From a virus (Duplodnaviria; Caudoviricetes): 60,036 nucleotides of DNA. The translations under genes and the position numbers were made by a program. The notes below the pieces were generated by a model. That model saw only the letters and a program-made list of their open reading frames with translations. It did not search any database and was not told the DNA's origin. Of this stretch, positions 36,212 through 46,818 are shown piece after piece (the stretch's first letter is position 1; each line of letters begins with the position of its first letter). The stretch covers positions 1 through 60,036 of IMG/VR virus record IMGVR_UViG_3300047545_000041. The stretch is one strand, 5' to 3'.

Positions 36212-38683
36212 TTACCCACCAATAATCTTCGATATGGTGTCCCAGTTCTTCACACCTTCGATGAACAACTTACCCCAAGAAGCACTTTCATCAGCATCAG
36301 CTTTAATGTTAGCAACATCTTTCTGCACAGAAGCAATTGCCAGATTAGCAATACGATCTTTACCACTTTCACCAGTCTTCCAAGACATCTCTAACAAGTC
36401 TCGATAAGTCTGACTCTGTTGTGCATATTGAGAAGCTGACAAGTCTGTAGCGTTCTTAGCATTCACAGCATTGGCTGCATTAACAGCGGCAGTGTTTGCA
36501 GTGGACACTTCAGCCAACAACCTAGCATTAGCTACGTTAATCTCTGTAGCCATTTTAGCATTAAAGTCTGCACGGTCATTAGCTTCTTGAGCATTGAACT
36601 TAATCAACTCATTAGCGGCGTCCATGTTGGCAACAGCAATCTTGTTCTTTTCAGAAGCAGAGAACTGTTGAGCAGTGAGTGCCAATGTTGCGTTAACTTT
36701 ATCAACTTCAATTGCATTAGTTGCGTTTGTCAAAGAAGCAGCATTAGCAGCAGCGGCATCAGACAAAATAGACTGTGTAATCTGCTGACTCTGCAACACA
36801 GCCATCTGTTGCTTGTTGTCCAAGTTCTTCATGTCCGTAGCCAAGAAAGCCTGAGCATTTTGCACAGCAGCTTGTTGACGGTTGTTCAGATTGGTCATGT
36901 CCATCGCAGCAAGAGTGGCAGCGTTGGCAAGTGTTGTTTGCTGTGCAGCACTCAAGTTGGCAACACCAATGTCTTTCATCAACTGTGAATTACTAAGAGC
37001 AGCGTTCTGTGCAGCGGTGAAAGTGGTGTTAAGGTTTTCAGCAATACGTGTAGCGTTCAACACAGCAGTCTGTTGCTTGTTGTCCAATATCTTACCCTGA
37101 CGAGCAGCTTCAATCTGAGCATTAGCCAAAGCTGCCTGTTGACGATTGGAAGCGTTGGACACATCAACTTGCACCTGCATGGAACTGTTATGCAAAGCAG
37201 CTTGCTGAATGTTGTTCAGGTTGATGTTTGCCATTTCAGCATAACGAGCAGCATTAACTACAGCGGCTTGTTGTTGGTTAGATAAGTTCTGTCCTTGCAA
37301 CGATGCCCTAATCTGTGTGTTAGCCAACATTGTCTGTTGCATGTTGGACAGGTTCTGACTCTGAAGAGCAAACGAGTTGGTAGCATTTGTCAGACGAGCC
37401 TGTTGCTCATTAGACAGGTTCTGCAAAGACAACCCTTGTTGAGCAGCAGCGTTAGCCAATGCAGTTTGCTGACGGTTGTTCAGGTTCTGCATACCCATCT
37501 GTTGAAACACTTGGGCATCCTGTGCAGCAATAGGCAAGGCACTTTCCATAGCAGCTTGGAAGATGGCAGTAGCAGCCATAGAACTACCACCCAAACCACG
37601 AGAAGCCATAGCAGCGTTAGCGGCACGAATAGCGCCAGCAGCCCAAGCAGGGGTGGCACCATCGTTAAAGCTATTCATCAACTGTGTAAGCTGTCCTTGT
37701 ACAGTGGACTGTGCATCGACATCACCTTGTGCAGCAGCAGCAAGAGTGCCGTCATCAACTGTGAATTTATCAAGACGAGCAGCAACAACTTTAGCGTCCG
37801 GTGCAAGACCAGCAGAGGTAATAGCTGTAGCCTGTGCCATATCACGCTCAGCAATTTGAGCAGGTTTAACCAACTCATTAGCTTGCACAACATCTGTAGC
37901 CGCCTGTACAGCAGTAGGAGCAGCAGCTTGAGCAGCCTGTGCTGTGACAGCAGGCATGTCTGTCTGAGCAGTGACGAGTTCACCGGCCTCTGTAGTTCTA
38001 GTACCAGCAACAACAGGAGCAATGAATTGACTACCAACTTGTTGTTGAGTAGCCAATGCCCCTTGAGAAACTGTGCCTTGCTGTGCAGCCACCTGTGCTT
38101 GTGGAGAAACAACACCTGTAGCAGCAGCCTGTTTAGCCTGTGCAGCTTGGATTTCCGCTGTTGTATCTGTGGTTGTAGCGGCTGTTGTTTTAACAGCGGC
38201 AGGAGCGCTAACACCCTGTGCTGTCACAGTAGGAGCAGCAGCGGCTGTAGCAGTTGGTCCAGCAGTGACGGCCTGTGCTGTCATACCGGGAACCATCGTA
38301 GTTTGTTCTGCTGTGTAACCCGGTGCTGTTGTCATCGCTGGTGCAGCAGGAGATGCATTGGAGATGGTAGAAAGCGGTGTAGTGACAGCGCCACGGTCAG
38401 CGGCTGCTTTAGCGTCAGCGGCTGCTTTAGCGTCAGCGGCTGCTTTCTTTTGTGTATCAACAACAGCGTTGACAGCTCGGCTGAGAATATCACCACCAGA
38501 GAAATAACCTTTAACCAACCCACCCTTAGCCATGCGCTCAGCAAACTTAGAAGTGATAGCGCTGTAACGCTGCGAGTCAGACGGTGAAGCTGCCAAGAAT
38601 TCATCGAACATCTGCATAGGACCATCATAGCCCATCTTACGAGCGACAATCTCTTTTTGTTTTGCTGTGAAGCTCTTATCCAT
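36212..38683 (-). CDS. Ala/Gln/Asn-rich internal virion (DNA pilot/ejection) protein
   Basis: 823 aa; RGLGGSSMA; LxNxQQ periodic repeats. Confidence 0.7.
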   Translation of the reverse strand: MDKSFTAKQKEIVARKMGYDGPMQMFDEFLAASPSDSQRYSAITSKFAERMAKGGLVKGYFSGGDILSRAVNAVVDTQKKAAADAKAAADAKAAADRGAVTTPLSTISNASPAAPAMTTAPGYTAEQTTMVPGMTAQAVTAGPTATAAAAPTVTAQGVSAPAAVKTTAATTTDTTAEIQAAQAKQAAATGVVSPQAQVAAQQGTVSQGALATQQQVGSQFIAPVVAGTRTTEAGELVTAQTDMPAVTAQAAQAAAPTAVQAATDVVQANELVKPAQIAERDMAQATAITSAGLAPDAKVVAARLDKFTVDDGTLAAAAQGDVDAQSTVQGQLTQLMNSFNDGATPAWAAGAIRAANAAMASRGLGGSSMAATAIFQAAMESALPIAAQDAQVFQQMGMQNLNNRQQTALANAAAQQGLSLQNLSNEQQARLTNATNSFALQSQNLSNMQQTMLANTQIRASLQGQNLSNQQQAAVVNAARYAEMANINLNNIQQAALHNSSMQVQVDVSNASNRQQAALANAQIEAARQGKILDNKQQTAVLNATRIAENLNTTFTAAQNAALSNSQLMKDIGVANLSAAQQTTLANAATLAAMDMTNLNNRQQAAVQNAQAFLATDMKNLDNKQQMAVLQSQQITQSILSDAAAANAASLTNATNAIEVDKVNATLALTAQQFSASEKNKIAVANMDAANELIKFNAQEANDRADFNAKMATEINVANARLLAEVSTANTAAVNAANAVNAKNATDLSASQYAQQSQTYRDLLEMSWKTGESGKDRIANLAIASVQKDVANIKADADESASWGKLFIEGVKNWDTISKIIGG
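38396..38446. repeat. In-frame 18-bp tandem repeat (KAAADA x ~3)
   Basis: GTCAGCGGCTGCTTTAGC repeated. Confidence 0.85.
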
Positions 38684-38694
38684 ATTGTTTCCTA

Positions 38695-39159
38695 TTACGC
38701 CACTAGACCGGGCAGATATACAGTTTTACCATCACGCTTAACTGCTGTCATCACTTGCTTCTTAAGATTGGTAGGATCATACGACACATGAACCCAACCA
38801 CTGTCAGGTACACCCGGTGTATAAAACTCAAGTATCAATTGCGTGAATTGTAACGTATCTTTAATGTATTCAGCAAGCTCTGCATTAGCAACACCGGGTA
38901 TCTCAATATCAGCAGCCATACCCTTGCAATGATCGCTAGTCAGACTACCACCAACCGAAGCATTCACTTGTGGACTACGATAGCCGCTATTAACTTTGAC
39001 ACCTTTAGCATAATGGTCACGTATAGGCTGCAACACATTGACGACCAACAGTTGTAAAGCTGAGATGACTTCTTGGGTAGGTTCATTGTTGAGTCCTTTG
39101 CGTAATGCTGTCTCACTCTGTGTCAATTCATTCAAGCTGAAGTTGGGTGATAGTTTCAT
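38695..39159 (-). CDS. Endolysin, peptidase M15A family
   Basis: SGYRS..VN..VGGS..SDH..G.AAD; WVHVS. Confidence 0.9.
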   Translation of the reverse strand: MKLSPNFSLNELTQSETALRKGLNNEPTQEVISALQLLVVNVLQPIRDHYAKGVKVNSGYRSPQVNASVGGSLTSDHCKGMAADIEIPGVANAELAEYIKDTLQFTQLILEFYTPGVPDSGWVHVSYDPTNLKKQVMTAVKRDGKTVYLPGLVA

Positions 39160-39575
39160 TTGATCTCTTTCATTCTGTCTTTTTGTTGGCTGCTATTGGA
39201 ACTACCAAGCCAGAAGTTATAGACCGATGCAGTCTCACGAGCAAGCACACCAAGCAACATCATCATAATGTCAGAGCCTGTCAATGTAAGCCAACCAAGT
39301 GCTGAGCCAATAAGCAAGCTAAAAAAACCAAGCACTGTGACAATTGATAGAAACGCTGGCATATAAGACTTGTTAGTCTTTTGCATGTCTCTAGCGTCTG
39401 CTGTGTTGGCCGATGCAATCTTCACCAGTTCAGTTTCGTTAGCCATCTTAGCCAACTCACCGTCCTGATTCATCTTTAACAGATCAGCCTGTGCCTTAGC
39501 TCTAGCTTCAGGGTCGGGAATAAGCTTGTCAATGAGCTTACCGCCTATATCAAGTAGTGGTCCGAGTGCCAGCAT
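39156..39575 (-). CDS. Putative holin (3TM holin-like)
   Basis: IDKLIPDP..AR; TM helices; FWLGSS end; adjacent to the endolysin. Confidence 0.7.
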   Translation of the reverse strand: MLALGPLLDIGGKLIDKLIPDPEARAKAQADLLKMNQDGELAKMANETELVKIASANTADARDMQKTNKSYMPAFLSIVTVLGFFSLLIGSALGWLTLTGSDIMMMLLGVLARETASVYNFWLGSSNSSQQKDRMKEIK

Positions 39576-39864
39576 CTTCTGTCTCCTGTTGTTCTGTGCT
39601 CTTTGTTTTAGGTGGCAGCATGTCGTTCAAGACATCTTTACCTTTAATGGCAAGCAACGTAGCCAATGAACCAAGAATGTATTTGCTCATATCAGACAAC
39701 AGAAAGAAGAACTGTTTGTCAGCGGGTGCAATACCACTCATGGGTTGAGTCACAAACACCAAAGAGTACAGTGAGAAAAACACCATACCCATCACAGTGA
39801 GAGCAAACACCAAACCAATGACAAAGCGTAAAAGCGAATCAAGTTGTTCAGGTGTATATTTCAC
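39550..39864 (-). CDS. Two-TM membrane protein of the lysis region
   Basis: Hydrophobic helices; QP....APAD. Confidence 0.6.
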   Translation of the reverse strand: MKYTPEQLDSLLRFVIGLVFALTVMGMVFFSLYSLVFVTQPMSGIAPADKQFFFLLSDMSKYILGSLATLLAIKGKDVLNDMLPPKTKSTEQQETEDAGTRTTT

Positions 39865-40043
39865 TTCTCATTCTCCATCTTCATGTCAGTGGGTTTGTTC
39901 AGTTGATCAGGACATACACCATTGATAGAGCACACAGGTCGTATGCATTCAGGCTTTTCCCAATTCTTAGGGTCTTGGCAGGCATAACGAAAGCGTTCGT
40001 CACAACCCACCAACAACACAGCAATGAATATCAGCTTCCACAT
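39861..40043 (-). CDS. Small lipoprotein (possible o-spanin)
   Basis: Signal peptide with LVGC lipobox; RY.CQDP.NW. Confidence 0.6.
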   Translation of the reverse strand: MWKLIFIAVLLVGCDERFRYACQDPKNWEKPECIRPVCSINGVCPDQLNKPTDMKMENEK

Positions 40044-40525
40044 TGAATAGCCTTGCAATAGATTAGGAGTTCAATACCACCCCACACCAATAAGAACATG
40101 GTGACGCCGCCAAGAATTAAAGCTGTCCACAATTCAATGTCTTCTCTTCGTTTCTTACGCGCCTGTATTGCGGCATCAGCGGCTCTACGTCTTGCTGCTT
40201 TGTCGTCCTCATCCATCTGCTTACGACGAGCAACAATCTTCTCCCACACATCCATGTTGTTGGGAAAGAACAAACCTTTAACTTGTTCTTCAAAGTTCTT
40301 AGCGTCTGCTAGGGCCAACTCAAGTTCTACAGCTTTACCCATGTTGCTGCCTTTGAAGCCACCTTTGTGAACTTCATCAAGCACCTTCACAGCCTCAGCC
40401 TTAGCGTCAAAGTATTTACCCAAGACAGGACCAAGGCTGCGAACATCGTCCACAGTCTTGGCAGCTTTCTTGACAAGATTGACCGCAGTTGTTACAGCAG
40501 CTAAGGCGGTGAACGGATCAATCAT
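40031..40525 (-). CDS. Hypothetical membrane-anchored coiled-coil protein
   Basis: MIDP start; C-terminal TM. Confidence 0.65.
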   Translation of the reverse strand: MIDPFTALAAVTTAVNLVKKAAKTVDDVRSLGPVLGKYFDAKAEAVKVLDEVHKGGFKGSNMGKAVELELALADAKNFEEQVKGLFFPNNMDVWEKIVARRKQMDEDDKAARRRAADAAIQARKKRREDIELWTALILGGVTMFLLVWGGIELLIYCKAIQCGS

Positions 40526-40746
40526 TTATGGTTCCACCAAGTGGCAACGCCAGCAACAATACCGACGATGAAGATGATGGGTTTAGCAGCCTTGGCAATC
40601 CATTCCAAAACAAGGAAGGCACCAGAGGCCGCTTCAAAGGCTTTGACAACACCATCGGTGTTCTTGTCAATCCTATCCACTTTAGCTTCAACAGCAACTA
40701 AGCGATCATATATCTCTCGATGTGAGACTTCCACAGCGTCAGACAT
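40522..40746 (-). CDS. Small membrane protein (XhlA/holin-like)
   Basis: Coiled coil plus C-terminal TM. Confidence 0.55.
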   Translation of the reverse strand: MSDAVEVSHREIYDRLVAVEAKVDRIDKNTDGVVKAFEAASGAFLVLEWIAKAAKPIIFIVGIVAGVATWWNHK

Positions 40747-40756
40747 TACTTAGTCC

Positions 40757-41062
40757 TTATGCTGACCAAGGTGTGCCAGTAGCCACAGGAGGGTTCTTTT
40801 GAGCAGCGATGTTGTTTGCCAGAGCCAAGTCAACAGCAGCCACGCCTTCAGCGCCCAGAGATGCCTTCACCCACTCAACGACTTGAGCTTCTGTCAGCTC
40901 GTCATAGGGGATCATCGTTTGACCGGGCTGCTCTGTGAAGCCCACTGTGGAGTAGGTCGAGGCGCTGTAGTCGCCATCGGTCTGTGATGCGGTCCAGTGA
41001 ACGGTGACCACAAAGCCATCAGCGGTCAGGCGGTCCATGTTGGTGATTGTCCAGTTTGTCAT
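40757..41062 (-). CDS. Tail-fibre-associated small protein
   Basis: IPYDELTEAQVVEW...G.PW; follows the fibre gene. Confidence 0.65.
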   Translation of the reverse strand: MTNWTITNMDRLTADGFVVTVHWTASQTDGDYSASTYSTVGFTEQPGQTMIPYDELTEAQVVEWVKASLGAEGVAAVDLALANNIAAQKNPPVATGTPWSA

Positions 41063-41080
41063 GATGAGTCCTTTCGGGGG

Positions 41081-43747
41081 TTAAATGTTTGCGGCTGCAA
41101 GTCGAGCACGGAGACTTTGGATTTCGGCCCACATTACAGGGATAAGGGCGCTTGCATCCATCTGCTGATACACAGGGTTGCCATCAGCATCAACAGCGTC
41201 TTTCTCACCAGTGTGTGCGTACTCAGGTGTTTCGTGAGCAATAAACATTGGGCGCTCTTGTGTAGCACCTTTCATCTTGCCCATGTAAACAGGCACAGAG
41301 TCAATCAATGCACCGCTGTCGGTCACGGGGCCAATGATGTCCTTGGCGCGGTAATCAGACGTTGTGTTGTACGCAGTAAGACCTGCGCCTCGGTTGTATG
41401 TAATTGTGCCTCTAGTGGCAAATGAAGCCTCAGTACCAAACGCCATAAACACGTTTGTCCCGCTGGTGGCTTGGTTATGAATTACTGCGCCAAAATAATC
41501 GACCGTTGGAACGGTAATATTTATTCCGTTTTGCGTCCCCCCTGCGGTGATGTTTACTCGTGCCGAACCGCCTGTTTGTCCAACCTGCAAGTTACCGCTG
41601 GAGTCGATACGGGCCTTCTCAGATGCCGCAGAAATTGCGCTGCTTGTCGTGCTGATATTGCCAAACACAATTGCGCCATCGTATGTGGTGCGGATCGTCC
41701 CAAACGAACTTTGGTTGCTTCCGTTGGCGTTAGAGCGGAATGCCAGCATTGGGCTGTCAAAAGCCGCGCCAGTGTAGGTCTGAGTCAACAGAACATAACG
41801 CTCTGAAGTAGGAGTGGTTGAACCTACACGGAACTCAGTGTTAGCCTCAGTCGTTGATGGATACGACTCAGTGGACACCACAAGTTTTGAGCCAAGGCCC
41901 GGAGAAGATGTAGTGTTGATGAGGAGGCTGCCGCTGGAAGTGATGCGGGCACGTTCGCCGTCTCCAGTAGAGAAGACCAAGTTCCTTGCGGTGTTTGTAG
42001 AGTCAACAGCGTTCAGCTCAACTTTGTCGTTCTCTGTCAGGTTGACTTCAAGGCGTGTTGCTGTTTGACCGCCGATGGTGAAGTTACCGCTGGAGTCGAT
42101 ACGGGCGCGTTCGGTTGACCCCGTGCCAAAAGCAAGAACGCCAGTAGCAGATGAGAAAGTGGTTACACCGCTAACACACTTAATATAAGAATCAGCAGTC
42201 GCTCCGTCAGTAAAGTAGGCAACGTTACCGTCTGTACGAAGAAGGTTTAAGCGGTACGGCGATGTGGTTGTCGTACCAACCCCCAAATTCCCACTCGCAT
42301 CCAGCGTCATCGCCTGAGTAAAGCTAATGGCGTTACCTGCTGTGCCGGAGGGGGCGCGATACCAATAAAAAGCACCAGTATCTGCGGCAAACATTGTTGC
42401 CGCGCCGTTGGCTTTATAAAGGTAAGAACTTCCGTTGTAGTAGAAGTTTTGACCAAACTGCATGTTCCCTGTGTTGGTACTCCACAGAACGCCGCCATTG
42501 AGATCAATAGCTTTGCCAGCTCCCCAAGCACTCGGAGTAACCCCCAAGCCGAGGTTGCCGGAGGAGTTCAGTTGTAGTTTGTCACTGCCAGAAGTCCCGA
42601 CAATAAAGTTGCCGCTTGAGTCGCCGTACAGGTAGTTGTTCGTTGCGCCAATGTTGATTCGACCGTTGGAACCGTTCACCACGTTTACAGTGCCAGCAAC
42701 ATCCAGCTTATAAGCAGGCGAACTCGTCCCAATACCCAGACCTGTGCTGGTCAGGCGCATTTGTTCGGAGCCGCCAATCAACCAGCGAGCAATTGCGCCG
42801 TGAGACATTTGAACGCCGTTGACGTTGTTAGATGCGCCAAAGTCGTACCAACCGCCATTGTTGGTAATTGTTCCGATAACTGTCCCGGCCGTGTTGCCCT
42901 GCCAAATGTCGCCATCAATAGCAGCTTTGTATCCAGACACAGGAGAAAGACCAACACCAAAATTCGTCCCATCAAACGTCAGCGCAGACCCAGTGGTCAG
43001 GACTTTGGAGCCGTTGAGGTAGGCCACTCCGTTGGCTGTGCCGCCGTTCAATGTCACTGTGCTGGATGTTGTCAAAGCTTCAGCAGTAATGGTGCCAGTC
43101 AATGTAGGCGAAGCCGACATCACCACGTTGCCTGTACCAGTGATGGCGTTGCTTACAAGCCCTTTAGAGCCGTCAGAGAACACAGCACGAGAAGCTGTCA
43201 ACGAAGACACAATAGGTTGCGCTGTAAATGTAGCAACACCTGTAACACCCAATGTACCGGAAAGTGTAGCGTTCTCACCACCGATAGTGCCAGTGAGTGT
43301 TGGTGAAGCCGACATAACAACGTTGCCTGTGCCAGTAATTGCATTACTAACCAACCCTTTAGAACCATCGGTGAACACAGCGCGGCTGGCTGTCAACGAA
43401 GACAAGATAGGTTGTGCTGTCAGGGTAGCCACACCAGTGACAGCCAAGGTGCCACCAATCGAAGCATTACCAGCCAAGAACAAGTCTTTGAACTTCAACG
43501 AGCTAGAGCCAATGTCAACAGTGTTGGTGGTCTTTGGTGTCACAGTGGATGCACCAACCACCACGTCCTGTGTTGGACCCAACACAAGAATGGGAGCGCC
43601 TTCACCAGTGGTGCCGTCATGGTTGTGACCAGTGGAGCTATTGAATGCTGCCTGAATACCATCGAACTCATTGTCGAGGTCGGTGGCGTTGATGATGTTG
43701 CCATCAGCAATGTTGTTAGTGGTGTCTGTACGGGTATAGCCTGCCAT
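41081..43747 (-). CDS. Tail fibre with C-terminal S74-like autocleaved chaperone
   Basis: N-terminal GH.HDG anchor; GIGT/ERARIDSSGN repeats; TSDYRAKD...FIAHE. Confidence 0.88.
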   Translation of the reverse strand: MAGYTRTDTTNNIADGNIINATDLDNEFDGIQAAFNSSTGHNHDGTTGEGAPILVLGPTQDVVVGASTVTPKTTNTVDIGSSSLKFKDLFLAGNASIGGTLAVTGVATLTAQPILSSLTASRAVFTDGSKGLVSNAITGTGNVVMSASPTLTGTIGGENATLSGTLGVTGVATFTAQPIVSSLTASRAVFSDGSKGLVSNAITGTGNVVMSASPTLTGTITAEALTTSSTVTLNGGTANGVAYLNGSKVLTTGSALTFDGTNFGVGLSPVSGYKAAIDGDIWQGNTAGTVIGTITNNGGWYDFGASNNVNGVQMSHGAIARWLIGGSEQMRLTSTGLGIGTSSPAYKLDVAGTVNVVNGSNGRINIGATNNYLYGDSSGNFIVGTSGSDKLQLNSSGNLGLGVTPSAWGAGKAIDLNGGVLWSTNTGNMQFGQNFYYNGSSYLYKANGAATMFAADTGAFYWYRAPSGTAGNAISFTQAMTLDASGNLGVGTTTTSPYRLNLLRTDGNVAYFTDGATADSYIKCVSGVTTFSSATGVLAFGTGSTERARIDSSGNFTIGGQTATRLEVNLTENDKVELNAVDSTNTARNLVFSTGDGERARITSSGSLLINTTSSPGLGSKLVVSTESYPSTTEANTEFRVGSTTPTSERYVLLTQTYTGAAFDSPMLAFRSNANGSNQSSFGTIRTTYDGAIVFGNISTTSSAISAASEKARIDSSGNLQVGQTGGSARVNITAGGTQNGINITVPTVDYFGAVIHNQATSGTNVFMAFGTEASFATRGTITYNRGAGLTAYNTTSDYRAKDIIGPVTDSGALIDSVPVYMGKMKGATQERPMFIAHETPEYAHTGEKDAVDADGNPVYQQMDASALIPVMWAEIQSLRARLAAANI

Positions 43748-43778
43748 ATGTTTTCCTTACCTAGTTAGTTATAACGCA

Positions 43779-45758
43779 TTAGCGTCTATCGTGTGTACTA
43801 TATTCAATGGTTGCAGCATCAAGAGAGAACGGTGGGTTCTGTCCATCAGAGACAAACTGAATCGAAACACTAAAACCTGAACCAATCAGTTGTGTCTCAA
43901 ACTGTTTCAACAACTTGCTGCCATAAACTGTAGTGCCATACTTAGCACCACTGTTACCATAAAAACCTACAGTGCCTGTCTCATTGGACAAGTTGATGGT
44001 GGCAGGCTGAATAGACCCTGCGTTGTCAAAGTCAAGCTTCAAGTTGACAGAGGTGGTAACACCGCCTTGTGGGTCTGTATAGAGCACCATCTTGTAGAAC
44101 GTCTTACGCACACGAGGATCATTGATGTAAACAAAAGGTGTAGCAAACGAAGCAACAATGTTAGAGCCGTCAAAGCTATTACCGCTCTCCATCTGATAGA
44201 CAAAGCCATCACTGTGAGCAAACACCAATGTCTCTGTCTGATTGACATAGTCGCTGTCACAGACATAGGCTTTGATACCAACTGTCTCAGCCCACGACAT
44301 AACACCAGTGTCGTTGCCGACTGTCTGTGTACCCATGATACCTTTGGCGCTTGATGTAGACACGCTGCTGTTATACCCCAACAAACGGTATTGGCTTTTC
44401 TGCTTGATGACACAGCTTGCAAAAGACGAGCTAGATGCAATGAGACTTGTCATCTCCTGTTGAATAGGCTTAGACACCACGCCCAAGTTGAAGTCGCCAA
44501 CACGGTCTGTAGCGCTAAGCAGACGCAATCCTTCAGGACCGAGGAAGATGACATCACCACCAATTTCCTCAACAGTGTCAGAAGCAACACATCCTACATT
44601 GCGTGTAATTGGTTGCAGCACAAAGTCTTGTAAGGTGTTGCCTGTCAACTGACTGATGGTTTTATCGGTAAAGATGATGAGGCTTTCACGGAACACGATG
44701 AGTGCTGTGATGGCTCCACCAACATTGATGACACCTGAACCATTGGCAGCAGAGAAGTCTGAGTCGGTGTAGGGTGCAGTGAAGATGACAGTTTCACCTT
44801 TAGCAAAGAACATCTGGTTCTTGTGATAGACAACAAACTCAGCACCAACTACATCAGACGGAGCAGACGACAATGCAGTGAAGGTTGTACCGTCCCATGT
44901 GAAGGGGAAGTTGTAACCATCAACACCCATCACTTTGTCTACACCAGCAATACGATATTTCGCTACACGAAGCTTGCCACCGTTAGCACGGCTAACAGAC
45001 TTCCAAGTGATGGCAGCGTTGTTGGCTGGACTAGACGCTAAAGCGGGATAGATGGAGATGGATGCAGCAGTGGAGGTGACAGTTGGTACAGCCAACACTG
45101 TATACACCAAAGCAACACCAGCAACAATGAAGGTGTCACCAATCTGTGGAACACTTGTCAGCCCGTCAACAGCCAATGTTGTACCTGTCTGAGAGCCGCC
45201 ATTGACCAACACAGTGCCGTATACAGGCTTGTTGATTTTGGTGTAGCCTGAGCCAGTGGTGGAATAGATGTCACCGTTGCGATAGGCCAGCACAGTATCG
45301 TTCCAAGCAACAACACCCTTGATGAGTCCTGTATGGCTGGTAAAGGTGATGGCTGCTTGGTCGGCAGGGCTAGACGCTAACGATGTTGTCAGTGTAAGCG
45401 TTGCTTGCTTGTATGTGCTGTTGTAGCTAACACCAGCAGTGGCAATTGTGTAAGTGCCTGTAACACCTGCAATGGTGAATGTGTCGCCAACTACAGGGGC
45501 AGCAAACAAGTTGGAGACAAGCAATGTTGTCCCTGTTTGGCTACCACCTTGTACCAACGGCTCACCATAAGCTGGAACGAAAGAGCTTGAGTATTTATCA
45601 AAACCTTCGATGCGGCGATAACCACCGTCCACTGAAGGCTCAAAGTTTCTCAGCAGTCGAGCGCTACCGGGTGCTTGAGTACCATGCTGTAGAGGCGACA
45701 GGTTTGACACCAGTCCTCCACGAAACTCAAAAGGATATGTCTGCCATCCGTCAGCCAT
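43779..45758 (-). CDS. Tail nozzle/tubular protein B-like
   Basis: 659 aa; GG.V, N.EP...GGYRRI.G, VGC; podovirus position. Confidence 0.7.
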   Translation of the reverse strand: MADGWQTYPFEFRGGLVSNLSPLQHGTQAPGSARLLRNFEPSVDGGYRRIEGFDKYSSSFVPAYGEPLVQGGSQTGTTLLVSNLFAAPVVGDTFTIAGVTGTYTIATAGVSYNSTYKQATLTLTTSLASSPADQAAITFTSHTGLIKGVVAWNDTVLAYRNGDIYSTTGSGYTKINKPVYGTVLVNGGSQTGTTLAVDGLTSVPQIGDTFIVAGVALVYTVLAVPTVTSTAASISIYPALASSPANNAAITWKSVSRANGGKLRVAKYRIAGVDKVMGVDGYNFPFTWDGTTFTALSSAPSDVVGAEFVVYHKNQMFFAKGETVIFTAPYTDSDFSAANGSGVINVGGAITALIVFRESLIIFTDKTISQLTGNTLQDFVLQPITRNVGCVASDTVEEIGGDVIFLGPEGLRLLSATDRVGDFNLGVVSKPIQQEMTSLIASSSSFASCVIKQKSQYRLLGYNSSVSTSSAKGIMGTQTVGNDTGVMSWAETVGIKAYVCDSDYVNQTETLVFAHSDGFVYQMESGNSFDGSNIVASFATPFVYINDPRVRKTFYKMVLYTDPQGGVTTSVNLKLDFDNAGSIQPATINLSNETGTVGFYGNSGAKYGTTVYGSKLLKQFETQLIGSGFSVSIQFVSDGQNPPFSLDAATIEYSTHDRR

Positions 45759-46480
45759 TATTTAACCCTTTCACCGAACGCAGAGAACGAGGTTTGGTTG
45801 ATGGCGGTAGAGCGCATATAGCTGACACGATTGACCAGCATAGTACGCATACGCTTGATGCCTTCTTCAAACTTATTCTTAGCTAAGTTGGCAGCTTGTT
45901 CATTGCTGCGAAACATGTAAGCGTGATACATGGCACCGTCAATGAGGACATGCTTGAAACGCTCAGGAACAGCAGGAACATCTGTGTCGTTGAGAAGGTC
46001 TACCGGAACCCTGTAGTATTCATACACCACTTCATAGGCTTGATCAGGAGCAGGAACAACCAACCACTCCAAGCTAGGAGCATGAACAATGTTCTTAGGG
46101 ATGGTGAGCTTTGATGTGTCTGTGGAGTATTCTTGATCTACAGCTTTTTCAAGGTAGTCTTCATACTGCATGATGGACAGCTTCACTGTGTCATTACCCA
46201 ATGTGCTGTCAGCTTTGATTCGGAAAGTGTCAAAGTCAATGGTGGATGCATCAGACGGGAAAGCGTAACGAGTGATACCAACCGACAACGTATCTTCAGC
46301 AATCACATGATTGAAAGGCCAGTCTTGACCAGCATCATAAACATCACGTAGCGCCGCATTGACAGAGTCTTTAACTTGCGAATAGAAACCAGTGGCGGTG
46401 TCAAAGTTTGCAGAAGTCAGTTCAACTTCGTTAAGTCGTCTGTTCACATCATTGACCAACCCAATGTAGTCGTATGCCAT
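45758..46480 (-). CDS. Tail adaptor/tubular protein A-like
   Basis: VN.VL/RRLNE, WPF, P.PDQAY. Confidence 0.72.
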   Translation of the reverse strand: MAYDYIGLVNDVNRRLNEVELTSANFDTATGFYSQVKDSVNAALRDVYDAGQDWPFNHVIAEDTLSVGITRYAFPSDASTIDFDTFRIKADSTLGNDTVKLSIMQYEDYLEKAVDQEYSTDTSKLTIPKNIVHAPSLEWLVVPAPDQAYEVVYEYYRVPVDLLNDTDVPAVPERFKHVLIDGAMYHAYMFRSNEQAANLAKNKFEEGIKRMRTMLVNRVSYMRSTAINQTSFSAFGERVK

Positions 46481-46481
46481 A

Positions 46482-46799
46482 TCATTGTTCCTTAATCTTC
46501 AAACGCACAACACGTTCAGCAACATTACCTGTGCTGTCAGCCATACGGCATGTAAACTTGTAGTCGTAGTTGTTAGTACCTAAGCCGAGGTTGATTGTGG
46601 CTACACCATTGCTGATAGTTTGTGCAACGTTCTGAATACCGTTGACGGTAGAGCCAGCAGTGATAGCTGTAGCAACACCGTCAGCATTGTCAACATACCA
46701 AGTGATGGAACTAATAGTCGCACCATTAAGAAACCTAGACCAGTCAATGCTGTAGTCTAGTGTTTCATCTTTGTCCTTTGAAGGCCATTTAAACGACAT
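46482..46799 (-). CDS. Virion structural protein (KD.DE.LDYSIDW family)
   Basis: Motif and position. Confidence 0.65.
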   Translation of the reverse strand: MSFKWPSKDKDETLDYSIDWSRFLNGATISSITWYVDNADGVATAITAGSTVNGIQNVAQTISNGVATINLGLGTNNYDYKFTCRMADSTGNVAERVVRLKIKEQ

Positions 46800-46818
46800 A
46801 TACTTCCTCTATTCCTGT

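Noticed and set aside
37295-38587. 430-aa + strand ORF, and other long antisense ORFs (e.g. 7640-8473, 48928-49746, 53319-54125)
   Set aside because: Shadow frames of strongly codon-biased real genes; Ser/Cys/Leu-rich with no motifs
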